Shown here: piece by piece, positions 30,960 through 41,274 of the stretch
Layout of the letters: each line of letters opens with the position of its first letter
How positions within the stretch are numbered: position 1 is the stretch's first letter
DNA from: Candidatus Poribacteria bacterium
GTDB taxonomy: Bacteria; Poribacteria; WGA-4E; PCPOR2b
Assembly: GCA_965215015.1 (NCBI GenBank)
Contig: OZ244042.1
Span: 2,688,001-2,752,000 of the forward strand
Direction: 5' to 3'
DNA length: 64,000 bases
Notes under the pieces: generated by a model
The model's database searches: none
Told to the model about the DNA's origin: nothing
Seen by the model: only the letters and a program-made list of their open reading frames with translations
Made by a program: the position numbers and the translations under genes

Positions 30960-31470
30960 AGATTGGCTGTCACTCATCTATAGGTCGAAACACCAGAAAT
31001 CCCGACACACCCCCCTGCGCCATATCATGTCCCCCATCCACCAACCGCTGAATCTCCGCCTGAGCCTGCTCCTGCCACCAACACCCTCACCTCATCATAT
31101 TCCGCATCCGTCTTTGTTTCAACGATGCACAAGCATCGCACCATTGCCTGATCCCAACCATCGAAGTCAACAATGGCGACCCCCTCGTTGGGAGTGGATT
31201 TCCAGTCGTGAGTTAGTCGATATTGGCTAATATTAAAAAATCGTGCAGAGGACAATCCCAACTATCACCTAGAGGCAGTGATTGCATCAGAGCTTTAAAA
31301 AAAGGACGCAACACACTGGTTTTCACACTCAAGCCAGCTAGCAAAAAGCCTCCGGGTGTTCTACCTCAGTCGAGTGAAGTTCGGAAGGTGAATCTTGAAC
31401 TCGTGTACCGGGATGAGACCTATCCCTACCAGCTCGCACTACAACTTGACCGGAGTCTCTGAGCATTGTA

Positions 31471-31547
31471 TAAAAAAAACGCCCTGATTCAACCATCGTA
31501 GTTCAGATCGGTCCAAAGTCCGATGGGTTGTGCTATCAAGGCGTTTT
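31471..31547 (-). terminator. Long hairpin terminator downstream of the TonB receptor gene
   Basis: AAAACGCCTTGAT...ATCAGGGCGTTTTTTTT on the minus strand. Confidence 0.6.
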
Positions 31548-31633
31548 CTTAAAGCATTTACACGTTGCTGTCTCCATTGATACACCACCCGCATCTATTT
31601 TAGGTGGCAATGTGAGACATACAACTTGATTTG

Positions 31634-34600
31634 TTAGAATGTTTGTGTCAGGCGCACCATCGACAAACGACCAATTTCCGGGGCACCAATAAATGGTTGA
31701 TGCTCATTGTTCAGCAGATTTTGTACTGTCAACGACAGGCGAGGCCTCGGACCGAATGGCAAGTCATAGCCAGCGTTTAAGTCAATCGTATAATACGATT
31801 CAACCTCACCGATGTAAACCCCCGAATTCACAGGGAAGCCAGCCACAAAATTCATCCGGACACCCGCCCCCAATCCTAGATTGGTATTGAGGTATTGGAC
31901 GTTTGCTCCGAATTTATTCTTAGGTGCGTTCAGGGCAATTTCCCTGAGATCGGTCTCGAATAAATCCTTGCTGACAAACGAGTAATTCCCGCCGAAACTC
32001 CAACTCGGATTGAGGTAATAGGTCAAGCTGCAATCCAGTCCGTTGAGCGAGATGTCCCCGTAGTTGCGATAGGTCAACATAACCGCGTTTGAATCTGCCG
32101 CCTGTTCGGGTGTCACTGTGCCAAAGGGAATGAAAGCGGGGCCGTTGTTCTCAGTGCCAGCTACGAACAGCTTTGTCAACTCATCAATAGCCGTACCGTT
32201 GCCATTGCCGCCCTGAGCTGGAGCGTCAAACGCAAGCAACGCCTGATTGAGTGAAGCATTTTTAGGATCGCTTAACTCCGTCGTGAGGTGCTTTGTGAGG
32301 AACGCCCCTAACGTCTCCGCGTCCAAGAACACATTTGGAGTTTCAACGACCAGGGGACCGATGAAGTCCTTAATTCTTGTGTGATAGACATCGGCAGAAA
32401 AAGCCAACTTGTTCATAAGAATCCCTTTGTAGCCGAACTCATACGTTTGTGTTATCGTTGGCTTAAGCGGGTCAACGTTATTGACCTCTTCAATGTCCGT
32501 AAACTCAGCCGTTTCTGGATTAAGGGTACGTAAAACAGTTTTTACCCCATTTACTTGCTCCGGAATGAGGTTGGCAAACCCATTAAGGATTTCTTCTTCT
32601 GTGGATGCTGCAAGGGAGGCTGCAAGGCCTTCTACCACTTGTGGTGGCAATGCTTGAAGCACTTGTGGCACTATCTGTTGGAGCTGTTGGGGAGGCAGTG
32701 CGGCAATTGCTCCCGGTTGCAGCAATGGAGCTAGCTCCGGTGGCAGTCCTTGAACCACTTGTGGTGGCAGTCCTGAAATCACTTGTGCTGCCAACCCTTG
32801 AAGCTGCTCCGGGGGTAACCCCGCAACAAGCTGTGGCAATGCCTGAGGGGTGAAGGTTTGCTGTATGGTTTGCTGCACGCCTGCTTCAAAAATTGGCTGC
32901 ACGCCACTCATAACGGCACCTCGCCCGATGCCCCACATAACATTGGTAAAAACGGGGTCCTCAAGGGGAATGTGAGTTTCTGCAGGCAGCTCCGCCACCG
33001 GTGAGAAGGGTGAGCGAAATAGTGGACGTCCATCCTCACCTCTTTTGAAGGTGAATCCCGTTTCGCTGTCGGCACCCTGTGCGCGTACGTCAATATTGGG
33101 ACTGAAGCCCAATATAGGTTGAAAACTGGCACCTAACCCAAACGCGTCTTCGACTGACAGAACATCAAGGAACAGGTTCGAGGTTCCCGGGGTACTGAAG
33201 GCACGATTATAGGTGAGCCTCAAGTTATGGTTGTCGTTCGGTTGGAAGGCAAGCGCGGCACGCGGTGAAAGGACCAAATCGCTGAGGTGGTTGTGGTCAT
33301 CAACCCTGGCGGCAGCAATGAACTTTAGCTCTGGCAGAATTTTGGTTTCTGACTGCAAATATGCACCTATCTCATTGATGTTGTCCTTATCCTCATTGCG
33401 CCCATTGATCGACCCTTCCGTATCGGGACGGGTCAGCAACAGATCTACACCGTAGGTAAAGCGTTGACGCTCTCCAAGACTGTAACCGTGCTGAATCTGT
33501 CCGACATACAGGTCGGAATTGTCGATGATTGGTTGGCCCGTTCGCAGGAGATAGGTATCCGCAGCATCGCTACGATTCCAAAAGGCTTGTGCAAAGAGGT
33601 CTTTGTAAATGAACCGGCCTTGGACGTAACCGTAAGTCCAGTTTTTAGCTTGACCGGCACCGATACCAGTCAGTTCAGTGCCGGTGGTTTGTGTGAAACC
33701 GCTGGCAAGGATTGTCGTCAAATCATCGGTGGGACGATAATCAACGCGAAATTCGCCGCCGGCTTTGTACATATCGAATTCCGGTTCCCCTGCGCCTTTG
33801 AGATCTTCCTCCGATCGCCCCTCTTCCCAATCATTTCCTTGAAGATAATTCCCTGAAAACTTATAGCCGATTGTCTCATTGATGACACCGGCATGTCGAA
33901 GCGAACCCATGAGTAAACTTCGCTCACCGCCGCCAATGCTGACAGTTGTTCCTTGAGAGGTAAATGGCGAGCGGGTCAGGATGTGCATGACACCGTTGGC
34001 ACTGTTTGGGCCATACAATGCCGCGCCGGGGCCTGAGACGACTTCAATCTGTTCAATATCTTCGTTTGTGGTCGGGATGAGGCTGTAGGAATTGACACGC
34101 AGGGAGGGAACACGAGCGATGCGATTGTCAACGAGCGACAAAAGAGAGCCCGAAAAAACGTTGTTGAAGCCGCGGACAACAACATGTGATGCACCTAGTC
34201 CGGTATTCACAACATCCACTGCACGCACCGATTTCAAGTGTTCGGTAACATTCGATGAGACACGGTCTCTGATTTGGGAAGCATTAACAAGGGCGACCGA
34301 TGCCGGGGCTTCAAGCACCTTCTCTCGACGCCGCGATGCCGAAACGGAAACCTGATCAAGTTCAATAATCTCTGAAGAGAGTGCAATTTCTACCGATGTG
34401 GTTCCATCGGCGACCAACTCAACGTCTGCCATCATCTTATCGGTATAACCGGGAGCAGACGCGGCTATCGTGTAGACACCCGCCGATAGATCTTCAATTT
34501 CAAGCATGCCGGCTGCATCGCTAACACCTTCAGTGGAAGTACCAGCTTGAGACATAACGGTAATGGAAATATCGCTCAGTTTTTCGCCGGTTTGGGCATC

Positions 34601-34705
34601 CATCACTGTGACATTCAAGGTGGCGGCGTGCACCGACACCACAGCAACAGCCAAAACAGCGACTAAGACTAACAACAAGACGCGGTGTTGGTTCAATTGT
34701 TTCAT
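31634..34705 (-). CDS. TonB-dependent outer-membrane receptor with N-terminal carboxypeptidase-regulatory-like domain
   Basis: Signal peptide, VSVSASR TonB-box region, IEVVSGPGAALYG.N..NGV plug motif, QNLLN and C-terminal Phe; RBS AAGGAG before 34705. Confidence 0.95.
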   Translation of the reverse strand: MKQLNQHRVLLLVLVAVLAVAVVSVHAATLNVTVMDAQTGEKLSDISITVMSQAGTSTEGVSDAAGMLEIEDLSAGVYTIAASAPGYTDKMMADVELVADGTTSVEIALSSEIIELDQVSVSASRRREKVLEAPASVALVNASQIRDRVSSNVTEHLKSVRAVDVVNTGLGASHVVVRGFNNVFSGSLLSLVDNRIARVPSLRVNSYSLIPTTNEDIEQIEVVSGPGAALYGPNSANGVMHILTRSPFTSQGTTVSIGGGERSLLMGSLRHAGVINETIGYKFSGNYLQGNDWEEGRSEEDLKGAGEPEFDMYKAGGEFRVDYRPTDDLTTILASGFTQTTGTELTGIGAGQAKNWTYGYVQGRFIYKDLFAQAFWNRSDAADTYLLRTGQPIIDNSDLYVGQIQHGYSLGERQRFTYGVDLLLTRPDTEGSINGRNEDKDNINEIGAYLQSETKILPELKFIAAARVDDHNHLSDLVLSPRAALAFQPNDNHNLRLTYNRAFSTPGTSNLFLDVLSVEDAFGLGASFQPILGFSPNIDVRAQGADSETGFTFKRGEDGRPLFRSPFSPVAELPAETHIPLEDPVFTNVMWGIGRGAVMSGVQPIFEAGVQQTIQQTFTPQALPQLVAGLPPEQLQGLAAQVISGLPPQVVQGLPPELAPLLQPGAIAALPPQQLQQIVPQVLQALPPQVVEGLAASLAASTEEEILNGFANLIPEQVNGVKTVLRTLNPETAEFTDIEEVNNVDPLKPTITQTYEFGYKGILMNKLAFSADVYHTRIKDFIGPLVVETPNVFLDAETLGAFLTKHLTTELSDPKNASLNQALLAFDAPAQGGNGNGTAIDELTKLFVAGTENNGPAFIPFGTVTPEQAADSNAVMLTYRNYGDISLNGLDCSLTYYLNPSWSFGGNYSFVSKDLFETDLREIALNAPKNKFGANVQYLNTNLGLGAGVRMNFVAGFPVNSGVYIGEVESYYTIDLNAGYDLPFGPRPRLSLTVQNLLNNEHQPFIGAPEIGRLSMVRLTQTF

Positions 34706-35561
34706 TATATTATCTCCTTTATTTGAGAATGTTGTTGGTTGCCGCCTCAATAAGCAGCATGTCAGAAATCAACTGATTAATGCGATTATTAAATAAGGGC
34801 TCAATTCCTCCGTTCCCACTAATATGGCAAATCGGGTTGCATTGTTTATATTAAGGGAAGTTGTCACTTATAGGGTAGGTCGCAGCTTGGGTCAATAAGA
34901 ACCAAAATGAGAAACCCACCGCTCGCAGTGGGTTGATAAATCCCCGCACACCCGCCAAGCAACTTGGATCGGTCTATCCAAGCTGCTTTGAACCCTCGAT
35001 GAAATTGGGGTCGTAGCCTCTCAGTAGAGTCGGAGTCGAACGGGATTGATAAATAGTACGCAACGCAAAACACCTGAATTTTCAAACGGCTCGCCGCTAA
35101 CTAACCTCTCCTAGCCGAGCCATTATGCCGAGTGATTTCTACCAAAATTGACAATATATCAACAACACCTAGAACATAACGCGATAGAATACCAAACACT
35201 ATAGGGCGACAGAATACCAGACAGTGTTGCGTCCCATGATTGGCTCAATCCGCCCGGGACATTGCGCGAGAGTTCGAGTGTTTTGTCGAGATATGAGTCT
35301 TGACCTAGAATAGATAGTAACCTGCGTTATATCGTACACAATGTATCCATTGTTTGCAACATTTAGGGCGATTTGTCAAGGAATAAAGATATTGCTAAGC
35401 CTTTACTACTAATTGTACTAACTAAAGCCTACGATTGCAAGACAGAAACGGTTTCAATCAAATCGGATTGTTCTATATGTCGCACCAATTGGATTACTCG
35501 GCGATTGTCTTCCAGCACCGAGATTGAGGGGAATTCTGAATGCAGCACCAATTGACACCGT

Positions 35562-36434
35562 TCACGCGATAGTGAGTATCTCCGCTGCAACCAACGCTTC
35601 CAGCCGCCAGGCACCCAAGATATGCTCTGCGATGACCGTTGTCATAGTTGCCCCTGTCTGTTTCGCGGCGAGATGCCAACTCTCCTGATGACGGGCAAAC
35701 GCAGCGCGATACCGTTTTTCAGCGGCAGCATCCACGAAAATCTCCTGCACCGCATCCGTCTCCGAATCAACGAGTCGGATGTTGCCGTGTTCGGTCGGAT
35801 TCACGTCAGCCTCTGCCAAGACCTGCACGACCACGACAGCCGTCGCCCGTTCGGTAAATTGAGCCAATACCGTCAATGGATCTCCGGACCAGAACAGGTC
35901 ACTGAGCAGCACGCGCAATCCAAACGGACGCCACGCCGGGGGGCGTTTGACAAATGACCTTGATAGCTCCTCGCGATATGTTAAATCGAGCCCGTCCCAA
36001 ATTGATGGTCGGTCTGCACCATTGTCCACTTGTCGACACCCATCTCCTGCTATCCAAGCGGTATGGGAGTATCCGACATTTGATGCCGCAGTCGCGAAGA
36101 CCGCCGCCAACCCGAGCGTCGCTTGTGCCTTGGGACCATCTTCAAGTGCCATAGAGCGCGAGCCATCAATGACAACATCCAGATGCGGACTGACTTCGTC
36201 CCGGTATAACTTGACGGTTAATTTATCGCTCCGTGCGAAGCCCCCCCAGTCAATTCGGCGCAGGTCGTCCCCCGGTTGGTACTCGCGGTGATCGATAAAC
36301 TCCAGTGAACTCCCCGGACGCTTTCCCATCTGACTGCCGGCAATTCCGAAAGGAACATTGCGCGGTGCTGCCAAGGTGTACCGTGCACCTGCGCGTTCAC
36401 CATCTATGAGATATTGGCGGTAGGTTTCGTTCAT
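35562..36434 (-). CDS. DUF58 domain protein (MoxR-associated VWA-like)
   Basis: GSSLEFIDHREYQPGDDLRRIDW and DGSRSM motifs. Confidence 0.95.
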   Translation of the reverse strand: MNETYRQYLIDGERAGARYTLAAPRNVPFGIAGSQMGKRPGSSLEFIDHREYQPGDDLRRIDWGGFARSDKLTVKLYRDEVSPHLDVVIDGSRSMALEDGPKAQATLGLAAVFATAASNVGYSHTAWIAGDGCRQVDNGADRPSIWDGLDLTYREELSRSFVKRPPAWRPFGLRVLLSDLFWSGDPLTVLAQFTERATAVVVVQVLAEADVNPTEHGNIRLVDSETDAVQEIFVDAAAEKRYRAAFARHQESWHLAAKQTGATMTTVIAEHILGAWRLEALVAAEILTIA

Positions 36435-36462
36435 ACGGTTTTGAGCCTCCTATTATTTGATT

Positions 36463-36962
36463 TAATCTAAGTTGCTAGGTTCTGTTGACATTTGAGCGCA
36501 ACCAGATAATCAAGGGGGTGCACAGATACATAGCCCTTCGTAGGGGTTGGGTCTTGTTCACATATCAGAAACGATTTCGGACTTCTGTCGGTTGATTTTC
36601 CAAAATCGAAAATACCGAGAACATTGCGCTATAGTGTTTTGTCAAGATATGAATCTCGACCTACAATTGACTCAACCTTTATGCCTTTATGGTTGTGGGT
36701 TTCCAACTCGGACTAGCCAAGGGGCGAGGAGACCTTGCCTCTACTATGACGGACACGCCTCGCATAAATGTCAACACGCTCTAGTTATTGTTCCGGTGCC
36801 TGCCTGAATACGGAAGGGGGAACTCAATGCGTAAGAAGTTCATTATGGGTTCATTCGTTCATTGACCTGCTGAACGCTATACATACAGAAATAGGTCAAT
36901 GAATAAGTAAAAAATAGGGGTTACAGCATACGGAGTATGTCTACTACTAGCAACCTGCGTTA
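36463..36962. mobile_element. Nested MITE/REP composite
   Basis: Outer AAGTTGCTAG/CTAGCAAC ends, inner TAGGTTCTGTTGAC/TGTCAACAC ends, inner GTAGGGG REP and GATATGAATCTCGACCTAC module. Confidence 0.7.
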
Positions 36963-36998
36963 CTATAAAAAAAGCGGTGCTCCTGATGCGCCTTACCT

Positions 36999-39767
36999 CT
37001 AACGTCCCGTCCGTCCGCTGGCACGCCTGCGCGCCTGACTTAAGGCATCAAGCATCCCCTCCCGATCGGAAGAGACTTCGGGCTTTTCCGGTTCCTCCGG
37101 TGTAGACGGTACTGTTTTTCCTACGGAGGGAGGCACGGCGACCTGAGTCTTTATGCGTTCTTTCCGCGGGATACGTTGCGAAATTGTTTCCATAAACTGT
37201 CGCCCACGTCTCATAGAGAGCAACCCTGTGCGGCGTTCCAAGGTTTCGAGAAGCAGCAGGAGAAGTGCCGCAATCAGTAACCACGGCTGAAGCGACATCA
37301 AGCGTGGTTGTCGCGGCAAATCATCCCAGATGCCTCCCAGATTAATCCGTTGTTTTCCGTCAGTCGCTTTTGCCAGTTGTTCCATTGTTGTAAGCCCTGA
37401 TACGGTGTGAGTAGGCTTAAATTCCGGTGAATACGGCAAGCAGACAGGAGGCAGCGATATATTCCCAACCCCCGGCACCTCCACTGTCGTCAGTATCGTT
37501 TCACTACCGTGGATTGGGATATCGACTGAGAGCATGTCGGCAGATAGCCAAGACAGCTCGGTTCTGTCAATAGTTGGCGTTTCTCCAACAACGCCCCGGA
37601 GTACCGTCACGGTAGGCAGTTCCCTGAAAACCTCCCCCTCTCGCCCGGGGTCAAGATGAAGTTCCACCACATTGACTCCATTCTTGACCTTCTGTGTCAG
37701 TAACATCTCGCCGGGCAGATTCCCAGAATCACCCGCTGTCCAGCGGACCAAACTTGTGAGAAGGTTACCAACCCCCTCCCAACTCGCAATGGGACCCGTA
37801 TGTGCCCCATCTGCTTCACCCGTATAGCAGAGTACCCGTCCAATTCCCGCCTGCCACGCCGCCACGACCGGTGCTTTGTACTCGTCCACCGTCACAGCGG
37901 CGAGGTTCGCATCAGGACGGATGTAACAGAGATTGTACCCGCCGATTGGAGACGGTATCTGATATTGTTTGCCGGTCAGCGAGACCATGCCGCCTGTTGT
38001 CCGAACTGTGGTCGGTTCGTCAATAAATGTGCTACGCGCTACAACGAAGGTATCTTGGGCAAATAGACGCGGCAACTCTTCGGCATTCTCGGTAAAAAAG
38101 CAACGTCCATTGCCACGATAGGCTATATCGCGCAGCAACCCGGCGTCAACGTCATGGGGAGTGCCTAGACCAACGACACTGACAGTGATATTGGCTTTTC
38201 GGCATTCCTCAAGCAGTTCGCGGTATCGTCCAGGTTGCTCCGAATCGGCCGCGTCCGCAAAGAGAATAATGTGCCGAGTACCAGCTTGAGCGTTCAAGAG
38301 CATTTTAGCTGCAGCGGAAAGTGCCTCGTAGACGAAGATCCCGCCGCCCTGTGAACCGATGTGCAGGATGTGACTGCGGACGTGTGATTGATTTTCGACC
38401 GGCGCGAGTTTGGTGATGATGTGCGGCGAGCTATCGACCGCAACTACACCAAACTCATCCATCGGCGATAGCATATCAAATACCTCCACCGTAGCAAGGT
38501 TTGCGAGGTGCATCTTAGTTCTGCCGCTGCCCACCGGCATTGACATACTCCCGGACCTGTCCATCGCCACTACGATAGCGAGTGATAGCTTCCGGTGCTC
38601 TTGCCGCAACTCCATTGAGACTGGCATAATCGGTTCAAGTGGTGATCGGAAATAGCCTCCCGGTCCGTAAGCGTGCTTTCCACCCGTCATCATGAACCCC
38701 GCTCCGGCCTCTTTGACCCAAACAGCGAGGTTTTCCATACCGAGGAGACCAATCTCCGCCGCCAATACATTCTCAACTAGCACGGCGGCATACCCTGACA
38801 ACTCATCGAGCGACCAGGGGTAAGCCGACGGAGAGACGGTTTTTACATCCAATCCGCCCGCCTGTAGCAGACGAGTAAGCCCGGAACCAGAAGCAGTAGT
38901 GACGTGCAGAATCGGGCGTGCTCCCTCAATACCGACTAGAATCTTTGCCGTATTATTCTCTGGTACAGGGTCGGCTTCAGTCCCCTCAATCCGCAAGGTG
39001 TATTGATGCGTGCCCGGCTGCGCTGCCTTGTCCCGAAAGATAAGACGGTTCAACCCGGACGGCACTTTTCGCTTACCAATCGCCAATCGTTGGTTTCCGC
39101 GGAACAACTCAAATGAGATTTCGCCCGGAACTGGCACCTGTACCCATGCAGCGAGCATGAAGGATTCACCGGGGTTGACCGTCTCCGGCGAATCTATATG
39201 GGAAATGGCAATATCATTTGTCGAAGCCCGCTGTATGGGGCGGTAATCGAGAGGGATGCCTCGCGCTGCAGCTTGAGCCGTTGTACTTGATGGGTCTTTT
39301 CCCGTCCATCTCCCATCCGATAGCAGGAGCACTCTGCCGGGTGCCCCTTGCGGGATGAGTGCCATCGCTTTCTCAATGGCATCATTCAGGTCAGAGGCGT
39401 CACCGTGCACCTCATTGACAAATCCGGCGAATTTTCCACTCTGGGGTGATTGTTCAATGGCAATACCCCTGCCAAAGGAAACCACGGCCAGGTTAGAATC
39501 GCTTCCTATAACACCTTGAATTAAATCGATTGCTTCCTTCTGCTTTGCCTCACTGTCAGGAGGCATCGACCGGCTTCTATCCGCCACGACGACAAGCGTA
39601 CCCGTCCGGCTCGGCAACTTTACAGCAAGACCACACATCGCCAACAAGATCAAGCACAGTATCGTCAGACGCAGAATCACCAAGAGACGGGAAGGCAGTT
39701 TCCACACGCGCAGGGATACAATCAGGGGAATGAGCAGGAGCAGCCAGATTGGATGGAGGAGTGTCAT
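36999..39767 (-). CDS. Large double-VWA membrane protein with glutamine-amidotransferase-like domain
   Basis: Two MIDAS motifs (DRSRSM, DRSGSM), LLSDG, ENN and GG..AYGPGGY; N- and C-terminal TMs; start moved past a MITE. Confidence 0.9.
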   Translation of the reverse strand: MTLLHPIWLLLLIPLIVSLRVWKLPSRLLVILRLTILCLILLAMCGLAVKLPSRTGTLVVVADRSRSMPPDSEAKQKEAIDLIQGVIGSDSNLAVVSFGRGIAIEQSPQSGKFAGFVNEVHGDASDLNDAIEKAMALIPQGAPGRVLLLSDGRWTGKDPSSTTAQAAARGIPLDYRPIQRASTNDIAISHIDSPETVNPGESFMLAAWVQVPVPGEISFELFRGNQRLAIGKRKVPSGLNRLIFRDKAAQPGTHQYTLRIEGTEADPVPENNTAKILVGIEGARPILHVTTASGSGLTRLLQAGGLDVKTVSPSAYPWSLDELSGYAAVLVENVLAAEIGLLGMENLAVWVKEAGAGFMMTGGKHAYGPGGYFRSPLEPIMPVSMELRQEHRKLSLAIVVAMDRSGSMSMPVGSGRTKMHLANLATVEVFDMLSPMDEFGVVAVDSSPHIITKLAPVENQSHVRSHILHIGSQGGGIFVYEALSAAAKMLLNAQAGTRHIILFADAADSEQPGRYRELLEECRKANITVSVVGLGTPHDVDAGLLRDIAYRGNGRCFFTENAEELPRLFAQDTFVVARSTFIDEPTTVRTTGGMVSLTGKQYQIPSPIGGYNLCYIRPDANLAAVTVDEYKAPVVAAWQAGIGRVLCYTGEADGAHTGPIASWEGVGNLLTSLVRWTAGDSGNLPGEMLLTQKVKNGVNVVELHLDPGREGEVFRELPTVTVLRGVVGETPTIDRTELSWLSADMLSVDIPIHGSETILTTVEVPGVGNISLPPVCLPYSPEFKPTHTVSGLTTMEQLAKATDGKQRINLGGIWDDLPRQPRLMSLQPWLLIAALLLLLLETLERRTGLLSMRRGRQFMETISQRIPRKERIKTQVAVPPSVGKTVPSTPEEPEKPEVSSDREGMLDALSQARRRASGRTGR

Positions 39768-39918
39768 GATGGCTGAATATGGATTGGGGTTAAGAAGTGG
39801 GAAAAAGAAACCGAGTTTTTTCCGCAAAACTCGGTTTCTCTCTGACATAAGCAGACAGACAGTGGGAAACCGCTCAGAGGATGCTTTCGACAACACCCTT
39901 CAAACACGAGATAAAGGT

Positions 39919-41274
39919 TCAGGCATCCGGTGGCGTCAGCATCGCGGCGATGTCTTCCGGTAGCTTCAAGTCGTGTTTCCGCTCAAAATCTGGGACGCTC
40001 TCGTAGTCATTAAGAAATGCCGTGACGATATCTGCCCCCATTGCCTTGGCAACGGTCAAATCTAATTTAGTTTTTTCCCATTCTCCCAAATGTAACCACG
40101 CCTCACCGCGATTTTTATAGGCTTCCGCATAATTGGCTTTCAATTGTATCGCCTTGGTATAATCTTCAATGGCGAGGTTATAATCGCTTTTTTTTCTATA
40201 GACTTCTCCGCGATTTTTATAGGCTTCCGCAAGATTTGGTTTCAGTTCTATCGCCTTGGTATAATCTTCAATGGCGAGGTTATAATCGCTTTTTTTTCTA
40301 TAGACTTCTCCGCGATTTTTATAGGCTTCCGCAAGATTTGGTCTCAGTTCTATCGCCTTGGTATAATCTTCAATGGCGAGGTCATAATCGCTTTTTTTTC
40401 TATAGACTTCTCCGCGATTTTTATAGGCTTCCGCAAGATTTATTCTCAGTTCCATCGGTCTGTTATAATTTTCAATGGCGCAGTCAAACTCTTCTCTATT
40501 ACTGTAAGCTACCCCACGGTTGTAATAGGCCTTAAAATCCGGTTTAAGTTGTATTGCCTTGGTATAGTTTTCAATAGCAAGGTCATAATTACCCTTGCCG
40601 CGGTAAGCAGCTCCTCGATTGTTGTAGGGTTCCGCATAATCGGGCTTGAGTGTTATCGCTCTGTTACAGTCTTCAATAGCAAGATCATAATCACCCTTGC
40701 TGCGGTAGACAGCTCCGCGATTGCTATAGGCGATAGCATAACCTCGTTTTAACTCTATTGCTTTGTTAAGGTCTAAGATAGCCCGTTCATGCTCGCCTTT
40801 GTTGCCGTAAGTCACTCCGCGATTGTTATAGGCTTCAGCATAGTCTGGTTTCAGTTTTATCGCCTCGGTATAGTCTGCGATAGCTAAGTCAACCTCACCT
40901 TTATTGTCGTAGACGATACCACGATTGTTATAAACTTCAGCAAGGTTTGGTTTGATTGTTACGGCTTTATTCAAGTCTGCAATGGCAGGATTAAGCTCCC
41001 CTTTTTTACTGTAAGCCACCCCACGATTACCATAGGCTTCCGCATAATTGCTTTTGAGTTGTATTGCTTTGGTATAGTCTATAATGGCACGATCAATCTT
41101 GCCTTTGAGTTCATAAGCGTAGCCACGAAAGCTATAGATACGCGCGTGGTCCGGTTTCAGCTTAATCGCCTCATCATAGGCTTCGATGGCTTCATCGTAC
41201 TTTTTGGTGACCAATCTAACATTGCCCCGTTGAAAATAACTATAGTAGTCTTTTTCGTTCAATCTCTTGTTCAT
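39919..41274 (-). CDS. Tetratricopeptide repeat protein
   Basis: About eleven 34-aa AEAYNNRG..Y..KG.YD.AI.DY.KAI.LKP repeats. Confidence 0.95.
   Translation of the reverse strand: MNKRLNEKDYYSYFQRGNVRLVTKKYDEAIEAYDEAIKLKPDHARIYSFRGYAYELKGKIDRAIIDYTKAIQLKSNYAEAYGNRGVAYSKKGELNPAIADLNKAVTIKPNLAEVYNNRGIVYDNKGEVDLAIADYTEAIKLKPDYAEAYNNRGVTYGNKGEHERAILDLNKAIELKRGYAIAYSNRGAVYRSKGDYDLAIEDCNRAITLKPDYAEPYNNRGAAYRGKGNYDLAIENYTKAIQLKPDFKAYYNRGVAYSNREEFDCAIENYNRPMELRINLAEAYKNRGEVYRKKSDYDLAIEDYTKAIELRPNLAEAYKNRGEVYRKKSDYNLAIEDYTKAIELKPNLAEAYKNRGEVYRKKSDYNLAIEDYTKAIQLKANYAEAYKNRGEAWLHLGEWEKTKLDLTVAKAMGADIVTAFLNDYESVPDFERKHDLKLPEDIAAMLTPPDA
40107..40441. repeat. Three near-identical 102-bp tandem repeats inside the TPR gene
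   Basis: GATTTTTATAGGCTTCCGCA recurs at 40110, 40212, 40314 and 40416. Confidence 0.9.

Noticed and set aside
30965-31465. Short ORFs on both strands downstream of the duplication
   Set aside because: Possibly decayed coding DNA, but no family could be recognised
34824-34841. Sigma-54-like TGGCA..TTGCA near the TonB receptor gene
   Set aside because: Spacing is one base too long and it points away from the gene
34760-35340. Possible cobalamin or other riboswitch upstream of the TonB receptor
   Set aside because: No B12 box or other recognisable aptamer; the region is mostly repeat modules
40107-40441. Possible DGR template/variable repeats
   Set aside because: The repeats are tandem in-frame TPR units without adenine-specific variation, and there is no reverse transcriptase in the window
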